Shown here: positions 13,401-25,700 of the stretch, in pieces | Numbering within the stretch: the first letter of the stretch is position 1 | Layout: each line of letters opens with the position of its first letter | Notes under the pieces: model-generated | The model's input: the letters and a program-made list of their open reading frames with translations, nothing else | The model's database searches: none | What the model was told of the DNA's origin: nothing | Made by a program: the position numbers and the translations under genes | DNA from: Sminthopsis crassicaudata | Lineage: Eukaryota | Length of the DNA stretch: 64,000 bases | Reading direction: 5' to 3' | Assembly: GCF_048593235.1 (NCBI RefSeq) | Contig: NC_133620.1 | Coordinates: 335,435,765-335,499,764, forward strand

Positions 13401-15941
13401 GAGTCCCATGGAAATGTGAAGACTGAGCAAATAAAGTGTTAAGAGTGTGATGGGGAAGGACAAGTAGATAGAGGCACCATATCCCAAAGTGAATCAGCAA
13501 AGCTACCTTGCAAGAAGTCTCATAGATAGATATACTCAGAAAATATATAACTCCAAAATGCCAGTATACTTAATATAAGGATACCCCAAATATTCTGGAC
13601 ACCTTAAATTCAGATACTTCCCCATTATAGAAACCTCCCAGTATAGCTACATTTCTACTACAGAAATATCCCCCACATAGGCAAATTCCAATATGTAAAC
13701 ACCTTAAATGTTGACATGCTAAATATGCCCTTAAAGTTCTGTACCCAATAAAGAAACATCCCAATATAGGCATAATCTCAATATAAAAATTCCCCAAATC
13801 CAGATATATCCCCAATATAAAAACATCAGTGAAACTGTTTTTTAAAATATAGAATTATCTCCAAAATAGGGACATCTTCAATAATAATACAAATCTAGAT
13901 ATATCCTTTGCTCCAGAATATTTATATCTTCACTACAGAAATATTCTCAAAGTGAACATAGAACTAAGACAAAATTATATCAGCATAGGTGTATCTCCAA
14001 TATAGAGACACTTGACCCAGTGTAGTTACACCCTGCTGCAGATATAATTAATACCTGCTCCCAATGGGTCCCAACTATATCCATCACAGACATTTCCAGT
14101 GTATCCCCATTTCCAGGAGAAGTAACTCTCTGCAAATATATTATCTATATTGAAATTCCTCCAGTACAGGGGGATAGCTTCAACTCTACATATCTGCTCT
14201 TATTCATCAAAAAGTAAGAGCTGACCCTTTGGCCATGCACTGGATTTACTGGATTTACCATGTGCCTACAAATTTATCTGATGTCTCTTCTCCCTTTTGT
14301 CCTTTTATATGACTCTCCAATCACTATAGTCTATATATAGTTCCACCAAGAACTGATTCACGGACTGACCCAGGAATCTGGGTATTTATCTGCAGACACA
14401 AGCATCATATCCTAGAACAAATTAGGAACTGCTTATGTAGGGTGCAGCTGAACCTTAGCATGGTTCTGGTTTTCCCCTAGTTCTCCCTCAGCCAAGGACA
14501 AAAGAGAGCCAGCAGAGTGATAAGACACATTATATAAGAGAGAGAGTCTAGTAGGGAAGATACTGGGTATGAGGAGTTAAAGGTGAGGGGAATCTTGCTG
14601 AAGTTCTGCAGCCTAGCCTCTGCCATCTGGGTGCAGCCTTCCCTCATCCCTCAACAATTTTCAGTAATTTTGGATGTCCCACAAAAATGGTTAGTATTTG
14701 TTTACTTACACATACTTTATATATTATATAGCACAGATTATGAGAACTTTAGACAGCATCTAATCCAACTCTTAATTAACAGGTTAAAAAAAACAGGTCC
14801 AGAAATGTTAAATGATTTTCCAAAATTACATGGGCAGTAAATGGCAGAGCCAAGATTCAAATTTAGGGCATTTGATTCCAAGTTTATTTCTCTAATTCTT
14901 TGTACCATACAACACACAGGATTCAGAGGAAGAATGGATGAATGAATGAAAAATATTTGTGAAATACTATTTTCAAAGCATCATAAATGCTTGAGAAAAC
15001 AAAAATTTACTTGTATTTGTATTACCAGCATTTATAGTGTCTGCTACATAGGAAGTACCTAAAAAGGACTTTATCTTTATCTAAATAACTAAGACAGTTT
15101 GAGTGCTGCCCTCAAGAAGCTCACATTCTAATGGAAGAGGCAACACAATGTAGAAATGGAAAGATCTCATAGTCCTTAGGGTACTACAGCAAAGCAGATG
15201 GTATTGCATCACCTTCAATGGAAGCTCCCTTAGACATCATTGAGAACCTCACTCCACTCCAGCCTCACTACAACATCATCTCCCCATTTTGCTTGGGAGG
15301 AAACTAAAAATCTGATATTTAAATATGAAGAAATATCTTCCTCCAATCACATCCACTGTTTCTTTGTCTCGGTATCTTTCAACACTTGGGCAATTTCAGT
15401 GGAGTAGTGCCAGGATGAAGATGAGATAAATTAAACCATTGGCTGATTCCCTTGAAGGGTGTGTATGTGTACATGGTAGAAAAGGCAACAGGAGATTTGG
15501 ATTTTAATCCAGATTTAACCACTTAGTAGCTGAGTGACCTTGGCAAAGTTATTTAATGTTTCAATTACCTCACCTATAAAACAAGGGTAATTGAATTAAA
15601 AGAGTTCTAAAGTCACTTCCCATTCAAACATTTTCTACAATTAAGGCAATAAATAACCCTATAAAATCTGTGGAAGGGGTTTGGAAGGGGTATGGAAAGT
15701 GACTTGGGTTCTACCTTGTTGCTGGACCCTGACCCCCCCACCCACCCATCCATTCCCACTCTCTCTTTAGCTCTGGATCATGCCTGCCTTTGGTGCCCGC
15801 CCTCATTTCAACAACAACCTGGAAGTGGATTTCTATGGCTACTCTCTGTGGGCAGCCATTGTCAACATCTGCCTTCCCTTCGGAATCTTCTACCGAATGC
15901 ATGCTGTCTCCAGCTTGCTGGAGGTCTATGTCCTGTCTTAA
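7102..15941 (+). CDS. OTOP2: Otopetrin-2 proton channel, complete CDS join(7102..7414,8057..8193,9496..9554,10142..10266,12093..12964,15771..15941), 1677 bp, 558 aa
   Basis: All six exons have AG/GT boundaries and consistent phases. The protein runs from MSEELVPG...WKKGGRMLSVLL through YPFNIEYSLF and KNPTRTVDVALL to FYRMHAVSSLLEVYVLS*, matching mammalian OTOP2. Synteny with USH1G and OTOP3 fits. Confidence 0.96.
8057..8193 (+). CDS. OTOP2: OTOP2 coding exon 2 (137 bp)
   Basis: GLVLFGVCTLVMDVFKTGYYSSFYECQSAIKILHPIIQAIFVIVQ; CCAAG acceptor, GTAAAT donor. Confidence 0.95.
9496..9554 (+). CDS. OTOP2: OTOP2 coding exon 3 (59 bp)
   Basis: TYFLWVSAKDCIHAHLDLT(R); TGTAG acceptor, GTGAGT donor. Confidence 0.95.
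10142..10266 (+). CDS. OTOP2: OTOP2 coding exon 4 (125 bp)
   Basis: CGLMFTLTTNLAIWMAAVVDESVHQAHSYSGNSSHARLTSE; AATAG acceptor, GTGAGT donor. Confidence 0.95.
10818..10957 (-). mobile_element. WSINE1-like SINE
   Basis: Poly-T followed by the reverse complement of the same SINE body as 22977-23120. Confidence 0.8.
12093..12964 (+). CDS. OTOP2: OTOP2 coding exon 5 (872 bp)
   Basis: (E)RVGSTAGEACPCNTTFCQIFKQGYFYLYPFNIEY...RRRCLKDISLFLLLCNVI; CACAG acceptor, GTGAGT donor; lies inside ORF 12059..13171. Confidence 0.96.
13540..14170. repeat. Degenerate ~16-17 bp minisatellite (unit approx. GA(A/T)ACATCCCCAATATA)
   Basis: Recurrent variants include GATACCCCAAATATT, GAAACCTCCCAGTATA, GAAACATCCCAATATAG, GATATATCCCCAATATA and GTATCTCCAATATAGA. 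Confidence 0.7.
15771..15941 (+). CDS. OTOP2: OTOP2 terminal coding exon (171 bp)
   Basis: LWIMPAFGARPHFNNNLEVDFYGYSLWAAIVNICLPFGIFYRMHAVSSLLEVYVLS*; CTTTAG acceptor; TAA at 15939-15941. Confidence 0.96.
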   Translation, partial: LWIMPAFGARPHFNNNLEVDFYGYSLWAAIVNICLPFGIFYRMHAVSSLLEVYVLS

Positions 15942-18419
15942 AGCTCCCTCTTCCCTCTTGTACTTCCACAAAAGACTTCTAGAGCCCAGCCCAAACTGAT
16001 GGACAAGATTGATTGGTGCCCATAGTCTCCTCAGGGAGAGAAAAGACAACTCTTAGGAAAGAGTTTTAAGTCCAGGAGATGGGTGGGGACTTCTATACCC
16101 ATTTCCCCAATTCCACCCAAGTCCAGCTGCCTCCTTATCCAGTTCTCCCATTCCCCACTTCATTTGCTCAAGGGATCCTCTTAGAAAACTAAGTTGATGA
16201 CAATAACTGGAAGAATGAGGGTTTTAACATATATTTTCACCAAATAAGTTTGCTGTTTGAATTGAGATTTTTTTAAAGCCAAAATCCTTGATTTTACATC
16301 ACTTTAAAATCAAAATTGCTTTTCTCCCACTTTGCCTTTCAATCTATGAGACCTATATTTTGGTATAAACTCAGTTCCCCTGAACTAATTCAATTTATCC
16401 AAAGTATTTGGATATGGGGTAAAAGAAAAATAACCTTTCCTCTGTTCTTGAACTTCCCAAAATTGGGCTGCAGGACCCCCATATTCTCACCTTTAGAATC
16501 CCTTAGTTCACTATGTTTTGAGTCAGAAACCAAATAAACTTATGATTCTCTAACTGTCCCTAATAACTTATTTTAGAAAGCAAAGCAATTTATTGATTTT
16601 TCTTTTAATTCTTTTCTTTTTCTTTAAATATGACTTACATCCCCCAAATATCCTTTATAACAAAGAATTTAGGAAAGAAAGAAAAGTTCATCAAAACTAC
16701 TAACACATCAACCAAGTCTAACATTGTAAGTAATGATCCACACTCATTATCCACAACTGCTAGGAAGGGAATTATGTTCTCAGGTCTCTTCCTTGGGACT
16801 AAGCTTGGCCATTATAATTTCACAGCATTTAATTTCCATCATTAAGTTGTTCTTTTTTTTCCCTATTTAATCCTTATAATTATGATTCAGTCAATCATGA
16901 TATGTATACAGTATTACATGTATATGTGTATAGTATACGTACATGTGTATAGTATATGCACATATACCTATAAGGAAAATAACTTGCCTTTGTTTTGCAT
17001 ATACAAATATTTCATATAGATATATGCATAGAGATCACATAGATATATATGCATATGCAAAATAAACACAAATTATTTGGTGGAAAAGACATTAAAAGAG
17101 GAGGAGAAAATTTTGTGTTTTGTAAGTGATAAACAGCAAGAAGGCTAGTTAGGCTAAGTTACAGGGTATGAAATGAAGTAATGTACAATAATCCTGAAAA
17201 GTAAGGACAGAAACAGATAAGGAAGAGTTTTAAATGTCAAACAAAGGAGTTTATATTTAATTCATAAGATAATTATGGATTCACTAGAATGTTTTCTAGT
17301 TTCTTATATTATTTTGCATCAGTTCACAAAAATCTTATGATTTTCCACATTTCATGTTAATCCTTTCTTACAATGAGTACCTCACATTTCCCATTACATG
17401 TCTTACTTAGATATTCCCCAATCTAAAGGCATCTCCTCCAGTTCCTTGCTCCTTAAAAAAAAAAAATCAATTTTGGTGTGTATGAGCCTTATCATGGTAT
17501 ATGACTAGCAGTAGGATCTCTGAACCAAGGGCATTTTAACATCTTTTTAGCATAATTCCAAATTGCTTTCCATAATGGTTGAAATAATTCACTGCTCTAC
17601 CAGCACAGCTTCAGTATTTGACATCAATAGATAGTATCCACTAATTCTCCAAGACCTCAAATATATTTCATAGCCAAACCAACACCAATCTGAGGGGTTC
17701 TGGAAGGGAATAAAAAATTATTCCTGAAGATAGGAATAATCCCAGAGATAACAGAGACAAACAGAGCCAGAAGGGAAGGAGAAACTAGAAGAGAACCAGT
17801 GTTAGAAAAAGCATTTGCTCTCAAATTGTAGCTACTTAGAAGGCACTACACCTTCAGAGTGTTTAGGAGATCACGAGTTGGGGATTTGTCTCCCGAAGTG
17901 CTCCCAATATGCAGCATGTTCAGCCAGCAGTGGGACCAGACTCAGTAATTAGTGGCATTCAGTGGGAAGGACTCACAGAGAAGACAAAGTGATTTCTAAC
18001 TTGGACAAGGAGAAGAAATCACAGCTCCGACAGTCAGAATCAGACTCCATATATTTTCCTTCTATCTCATATGGGGATGTCGGGAGAGGAAAAGAAAAGA
18101 AAAAGGGAGTCTGGATATGGCAGCTGAGGGCAGAAGGACCATTCCTGTGTGGCAGGTAGATGGCACCAGGCTTAGCATCAGGGCAAGCGGGCATGAGAAC
18201 CTTTCTGGAGCAGCTGTGCTGGGCACCCTGGGACAAACTTGCCTCTATTTCTTTCCCGTACTATTTCCCAGGGTCCAAATAAGCATCTTGAACTCACACC
18301 TCCTAGGGCTGGGAAGACCCCTTTAAATCTTGGCTCCGTGCCTCCCTCTCCATGTGACTCCTTTAACTGAAGGCTGATTCTGAGTCCCTCGCAGTAGAAT
18401 CTGGATTACCAGCCAAACA

Positions 18420-19150
18420 CTCCGACCCTCTCAGGCTCTGGCCCAGCCCCTCCACGCCCGATGGCGTGGCCCATTTACCGGCTTGTTCGGAGATGGCCCT
18501 GCCCGCGATCCTATTGGCTGCTCTTCCCGGACCAGGGAAATCTCGGGCAGTATAATTAATGAGGGATTAATGAGATTTCCAAAGTCAACAGGAAAAATCG
18601 ATGCGCCGCTGGGACGGAGCCAGCGGGTGCGCAGTCCAGCCGAGGGAGAGGGTCCAGGGGCATAGGTCGGGGTAGCAGGGGAGGTAGAGACACACCTGGA
18701 CCGAGCAGCCCAATTCTTTCCAGCTGGTTGTGAGTCCGCCGCGATGACAGCTCGAGTCTCAGGTAAGGCGGCTCGGGCGCCCGATACCCCCAGGCATCTC
18801 CCCACCACCCGCCATCTGCCCACGGCTGGTCCTAAATGGTCTCGAACCCCGAGTGTGGAGCAGGAACCTCGAAAGAAGGGTAAAGGACCTAAAAGGTAGG
18901 TTCGAGAATGGCCCCAGTCAGGCATGGGGCCAGGTGGGTTTTCTTCAGGATGCAGACGGAAAGAATCCAGAGGAGGAGAGAAGACAAGATCACGGAAAAG
19001 ACCCTTCGCATCCGCTGCCCCGCGGATCCACCTCTCCCATCTAAGCCCCTGCCTAGCATTCCTCTCCTAAGTTCACGCAGTACCACCTTCCAGGCTGATT
19101 CTGGGTTTGAAGTCATCCAGAGAGCAGCCATACCTCGCCTGGGTCATCAG
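18420..19150. promoter_or_regulatory. CpG-rich OTOP3 promoter / exon 1 region (limits approximate)
   Basis: CpG enrichment against a CpG-poor background, an inverted CCAAT (ATTGG near 18513), and the 19-bp ATG exon. Confidence 0.7.
18744..18762 (+). CDS. OTOP3: OTOP3 coding exon 1 (19 bp, MTARVS+G)
   Basis: GCGATG in a CpG-rich region followed by a strong CAG|GTAAGG donor. Phase 1 matches exon 2. The exon is very short, so the call rests on context. Confidence 0.7.
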
Positions 19151-22100
19151 GAAATGTCCTTCTCTGTCCTTCAATCCCTAGGGCCTCCCCTTCCACCTCT
19201 GGAAGATGTGGGAAAAGAACTTTAACCCTCCACCCAGTCATCACTTGCGTCTCCAGGAATGGGGCTGGAACCCGGAGGAACACAAATTAGGGTCCATACG
19301 GAAGTCCAGGGGTGGAGTTAGAGAGGGAGTCGGGGTGGTTTTGAGCCTTTTGTTCTACATGTCCTTGGGAAACTCAAACCATCCATAACTCCAGGAGTCC
19401 CCTGATCACCTTTATGGCGACCATGTCCAGAGCTTCCCTGTCTGCATTCTCCCTTCTCCATCCCCCTCCCTAATAGCTCCCTGGATTTCTATCATCCGCC
19501 TCTAAACCAAAACTACAAACCAGTTTAACTTCTAGTCCCTCCCTCCTCTTGCAACATACATAGTAGTAAGCCAGAGCCGACACCTCATTTTTCTTCTGTT
19601 TAGTCCGAAAGCACCTTCCCACAGCTGCTCAGACCTCCTAGCTACAGCTTGGATTAGCTGAAAGGCTGCCATGTCTTAGGAATTGAAGACTCCTAGGTTT
19701 GGGGGGAGGGGTGCTTCCAACTTTACGGGGCCTCAACTCACTGCATCCCTGAGCCATAAGAGTGGAAAAAAGCAGCTAATCTCCACCCCAATCCCCCCAT
19801 TTCCCTGACAACTAGAGAAAACAACAGGGAGAGAATCTTAGTTCCTTACCTCCTGCCATCTCCCCTATGCTGGTTTATAAATCCTTCCTTCAAGGATAGC
19901 ACTCTAAATTGCATGTTCCAATATTCATCTCTCTCCACCATCCCTAATTCCCACACCCTCCAAAGAAAGCATCCTTCCAAGGAGAAGTTGACTGTTTTGG
20001 AAGAAATGAAGAAAATACTAGAGTGAATATCACTGTACTCACGCACTTAGGTATGGAAGCCCAGGAGAAAAAGATAAGGACCGTTATTGAGGGTCTACTC
20101 AGGGCTAGGACAGCATTGACAGGTTGAAGTCAAACATGGTGGAATCTTTCGGCAAGTCAATTTTGCAATCCTGGGTCTCAGTTTCCTCATATGTAAAACA
20201 AGGGGTTTGGTTCTCTAAGGTCACTTCCAACCGTAGATTCTATAAATACTGATCAGGGACCTTTCTGGAGAGGGCTACTCTCCAGAAGTAAGGTGCTTAA
20301 AAAGCGGCAAGAAGATGATAAAAATGAGGAGAAAAGAAAACCTAACAGCTTTAAAGAGGGCAAGTTTATTTTAAAATCTAAATGCATAGGAAGAGTGCAG
20401 ACAACTGGATAACTTAAACAGATGTAAGTTGTAAGTTAAAAAAACAACAACAACAACAACAGATTAACCTTGGCAGTGGTAAAATTTTGGAGTTGCTATG
20501 TTTATCTCCTTCTGGGTTATTATAAGTAGGGAAGTCTTTAAGGTTCTGGAGATAGCTCAGATCCAAGATTAAGCGGGAATGATGGGGTGAGAGAAGGCAG
20601 AGGAAGAAAAAGAGAGAGAGCTGTATTGCTTAGTTTGAGAGAGGGGGAGGAGAAGGGTGAAAAAGGAAGGGAGAGAATTGGCTTGGAACTGGAGGAGGAG
20701 AAAGGAGAGGAAGGGACAGAGCAGAAGTAGGACTTAGGTTTGAATACCTTGGGAATACCTCCCCTTGGGGGAAGGGGAACATCTCAAGGAATAACATAAA
20801 GAAATGGTAGAAACTTAGGGAAGAGAATATTCATTTCAGGCATTTCATTTTCAAAGAGGACCATGACATAATATGCACGTGAATTGGATTTAAGTGAGGG
20901 AGGCTGTACCAGGTGACCTTCCTCACTTTCTGCTCCAGAGCCATCTGGGTTCAGTGGCAAACTATAGATCATTACAACTCAAGATGGCCAGTCAGTAAAG
21001 CAGTCCAGTGCCAGATTGGGAATTCCCGATTTTCTAACTACGGGGGGGGGGGGGGGGGGGGAGGAAAGGGCTAGAATGGAGTCAGCTAGGATCAGAGCAG
21101 CAGAATGGGTAAAGCTGTTTCAGGCTATGGGAGAGAAGAAAGCGACAGTGGCTGTACTATCTGAAAGTTTAAAGAAACAATTAGTTAATGGATTGAGAGC
21201 TGAACCTGGAGTCAGAAAGTCCTAAATTCAAATCCAACTTTAGACCCTACTAGCTGTGATACTTAACCTGTCTGTGCCTCAGTTTCCCCATCTATAAAAA
21301 GAGGTGGGTTGGACTTGATAGCCTCAAGCTATATATCTGCTGGTATATAGTTATGTCTATGAGCTTTTGAAGAAATCAGTGGAATGGGGAGTAATATAGC
21401 AAGTAATCTGTTTTGGTTTGTTTTGTTTTGGTGAGGGACAATTGCAAAAGTGTCCTTCTCCCATTGGAAGATACCTGGTTAGGTTGGTAAAAGTTGGTTT
21501 CTGAGGTATCAGAGACTCGTGGAGGCAGCAGATGGGGAAAGAGAAATACATGACATAAGAAGGAGGAACTTCTCCTGCCTCCACCCTAGATAACAGCTAC
21601 CTGACTCTGTGACCTCATTTGGGGTTTTCTTGGCAAAAATCCTGGAGCGGTTTGCCATTTCCTTCTTCAGATCATTTGACATATGAGGCAAACAGGGTTA
21701 AGTGAGTGGCCCGGGATCTGAGGTCTGAGGTCAGATTTGAACTCAGAAAGAGGAATCTGAATGCAAGTCGGTACTCTACTTACTCTTGTTCCCAGCTGCC
21801 CAGACCACTGTTGGGGACACATCTAAGGTTAAATTTAGCTTGTTATATTCCCTTAAAGCTCCATTGCCCCTTCCCTGCCCTCTCCAGACGCTCAGGAGAG
21901 CCCAGAAACTACAGCTAAGGAGAATGAGAAGGAACTGAGGGGCTCTGGCCCCAGAAGGGATAAATCATGGTTAGTGCGGCACTTCTCCCTGCTCCTTCGA
22001 CGAGATCGACAAGCCCAGAAGGCCAGCCAGCTCTTTTCTGGGCTCCTGGCACTCAATGTGGTGTTCCTGGGGGGAGCCTTCATCTGCAGCATGATCTTCA

Positions 22101-22731
22101 ACAATGTGGCCATCACCCTGGGAGACGTCTGGATCCTGCTGGCGGTGCTTAAAGTGCTGGCCCTGCTCTGGCTCCTTTTCTACGTGGCGGATACTGTCCG
22201 CCTGCCGCACGCTGTTCTCTACCGAGACCCCCATGCTGGGCCTGTCTGGGTTCGGGGTAAGTAAGCATGTGCGCCATTCTCGATCATCACCGGCAGAAAA
22301 ACAGGGAGGCAGAACCCTGCTCCTGGGGACTAGGACCCGAGAAGAGGCAGGTGGGAGGCGGGGATGGGGGAAGAGCCTCCTGGGAAAGGGCTGAGAAGGT
22401 CCTGATCTTTCCACCCTGGCCAGGCTCCTGCTGTTGTTCGGCAGCTGCACCATCCTTCTCAATGTCTTCCGAATCGGCTACGTGGTCAGTCACATCCACT
22501 GCAAGTCTGAGGTGGAGCTCGTCTTCCCCATCATTGAGATCCTCTTCATCAGTCTCCAGGTGATGCTACCTTTCCACCCTGCCTCCAATATCATGCAAAC
22601 AAATGCCCCCCCCACACTAACCTATCTAATATATTGGCCAAACACTCCTTCACGTGCATATATAGTACATGTTACACTTATATTCTTAGGTATAATATAC
22701 TCATGCTCTCCTAGAGACACACACACACACA

Positions 22732-22794
<63 letters not shown>

Positions 22795-25700
22795 ATGTAC
22801 TCCCATCCCTTTGTAAAATAAATATAAATATACAAATAAATATAAAACCATACTGCCTTATAAATGCATAAGCTAAAAATACTCACTTTTACCAAAGTCT
22901 TAGTGCTGTCTTACGTTATTAAAGCTATTACAGCTTAACACAGCACTCAGGTACATACCTACAAAAGTATGAAATTGGGGCAGCTAGGGGACGCTGTGGA
23001 TAGAGCACCAGCCCTGAATTCAGGAGGACCCGAGTTCAAATCTGGTCTCAGACACTTAACACTCCCTAGCTGTGTGACCTTGGGCAAGTCACTTAACCCC
23101 AGCCTCCAAAAAAAAAAAAAGTATGAAATTCATTCCTGCACACTCCCATAGACAGGGGCAGGGGCAGGAAGGGGGAGGAGGGAGTGCTGTGAATAGAGGC
23201 CTAGAACTTGGCATGTTCAGCATGGAGGACCCAAAAGTCTTAGGCATTCACCTTCCATTTCATTATTCACTTCCCCAGAGGCCTGTCTGGTAACTGGAAT
23301 TAGGAAGTCCTGGGTTCTGATTCTGCTTCAGCCACTGGCTAGTTGTGTGAGCACTTAGTGCTCTCTCAGACTCAGTTTTCCTAACTATAAAATGGGGATA
23401 ATGTAGCATCTACCTCACTGAATAGTTTGTAAAGATAAAATGAGATAATATATTAAAGGGGCTTTATAAATATTAAAAGCACTACATAAATTCCAGCTAT
23501 TATTGTTTGCAAAGAATAGTGTTTCAGAGTACTGAATTCAAATCTGGCCCTCAGGCATTCACTAGCTGTATGATCTCAGGCTACTCTTTTAAACTCTGAT
23601 TGTCTCAGTTTCCTCATCTGTAAAATGGGGATAATAATAGCCCCTATCTCCCAGAGTTGTTGTGAGGATCAAATAATATAATAATTATGAAGTGCTTAGC
23701 CCAGCATCTAGCACATAGTAAGTACCATATAAATGTTAGTTATTATTATTATTACTATACATTTGCTCTTACATAAACTAAATGTAGGCACCTTATAAAC
23801 ACACACAGCGACATGCACAGACTTAGATATATCCACATATACACCCACTAATTTGCACTCCCTTATTTCCAGCCTCTCCCCACTACCACAAGCGATGATC
23901 AGCTGAAGTCATTCTTCCTTTCAGACCTATGTGCTATGGAGCCACAGTAAAGACTGTGCTCAGGTCCAGATGAATCTCACCAGGTGAGAAGGGCTTCCCA
24001 GGCCCTTTCCATTCTTCCCTGAGCCTCTTGAGACCTTCCTTCCACATCTCGCTTTTCATCCCACACCTTAGAAACCTCAAAGATCTATCCTGATTCTAGA
24101 AATTGGGGGGTTCACTGGGAATGGCTTCAGTAGGTCTCTCCCTGNNNNNNNNNNNNNNNNNNNNNNNNNNNNNNNNNNNNNNNNNNNNNNNNNNNNNNNN
24201 NNNNNNNNNNNNNNNNNNNNNNNNNNNNNNNNNNNNNNNNNNNNNNNNNNNNNNNNNNNNNNNNNNNNNNNNNNNNNTGCATGACCAGTAAGAGCTCTTT
24301 GAGGGCATATGGAGAAAGCAATCAGGTAAGGAAAGGGAGTAGAGGATTCATCCGTCCTGGGGAAGAGTTATGGGATATCCTAGTATCGAGCTCAGAATCT
24401 GAGGAGTTGGGGTCAGGGATCAGGCTATCAAGTGTTTCTCCCCACCCAGATGCGGACTGATGCTAACTATGGCTACCAACCTGCTCCTTTGGGTCCTGGC
24501 AGTCACCAATGATTCCATGCATCGGGAGATCGAGGCAGAACTGGATGCCCTCATGGAAAAGCTCACAGGTATAAAGCAGCAGTAAGGGGTGGGGGAAAGA
24601 GCCCAGGACAAAGGGCCGAAGCCCACAAGCTCGCTGTTTTCTCAGGGAAACTTACTCCCTCTGAGGTTCAGTTTCCAAATTGATAGGATTGGAATAAGTG
24701 AGCTTTAAGTCTTCCAGTTCTATCATTCTCTGGTTCAAGGATGCTCACTTCCTTCTCTCTGGTTAGCCCTCATATCCTTGATACAACAACCCATGCCCAC
24801 AGATCCACAAATGAATATGGTATAATAGATAAAGCAGGGGGGAGGGGAACTTCAGCAGTCTTAGAGACTAATATAATATTTTTATAGATGAGGAAAAGTG
24901 ATTTGTCCACGCACATCATTCTGTGCTCACATAGATATGTTATTCTCATCAATATACTTTCATAGGGTATATAAAGTGATATGAATATCTGAAAAAAGTT
25001 AGATTTTTTTTCCTCAAAAAATTTTCCAGGCATCACCATGAATATATATATATATATATGTCTGCATGATATGTGTACTCTGGTATAAATATAAATATAT
25101 GCACATGTGCATGCATATGTATACATACATATAAATATACATATCTATGTTGTGTGTAGATAGATAAACAAGACCTGGAAAGTCCACACTTCTACTTCCT
25201 CTCTGACACTCACCTGTCCTGAAGCCCTTGACATTCTCCACCTTCTCTTTCCTTACTTCCTTTGGGAGCTAATTTCTGCTAGACTATTTCTGAGAGGGAC
25301 CTCATCCTAGAGGCATTTACATTGTCAAAGATTTTTGGAAACTAAAAAGCTTTCAGGGTTGAAATGAATTAATCTTTAATAGTAGTCTGAGAGACAAAGG
25401 AAAGAGATTTCAGAGAAAGAAGGGAAAAGAAGGAAATCAGCATTTATATAGCATCTACTCTAAACCAGAAACTATGCTAAAAGCTTTTAAAATATATTAT
25501 CTCATTTGACCCTCACAAAGTTTTTCTTTTCTTTTTTTTTTTTTCCCCTGAGCCTGGGGTTAAGTGACTTGCCCAGGATCACACAGCTAGGAAGTGCTAA
25601 GTGTCTGAGACCAGATTTGAACCCGGGTCCTCCTGACTTCAGGGCTGGGGCTCTATCTACTATCACGCACACAAAGTTATTCTGAGGTAGACCTGTATTT

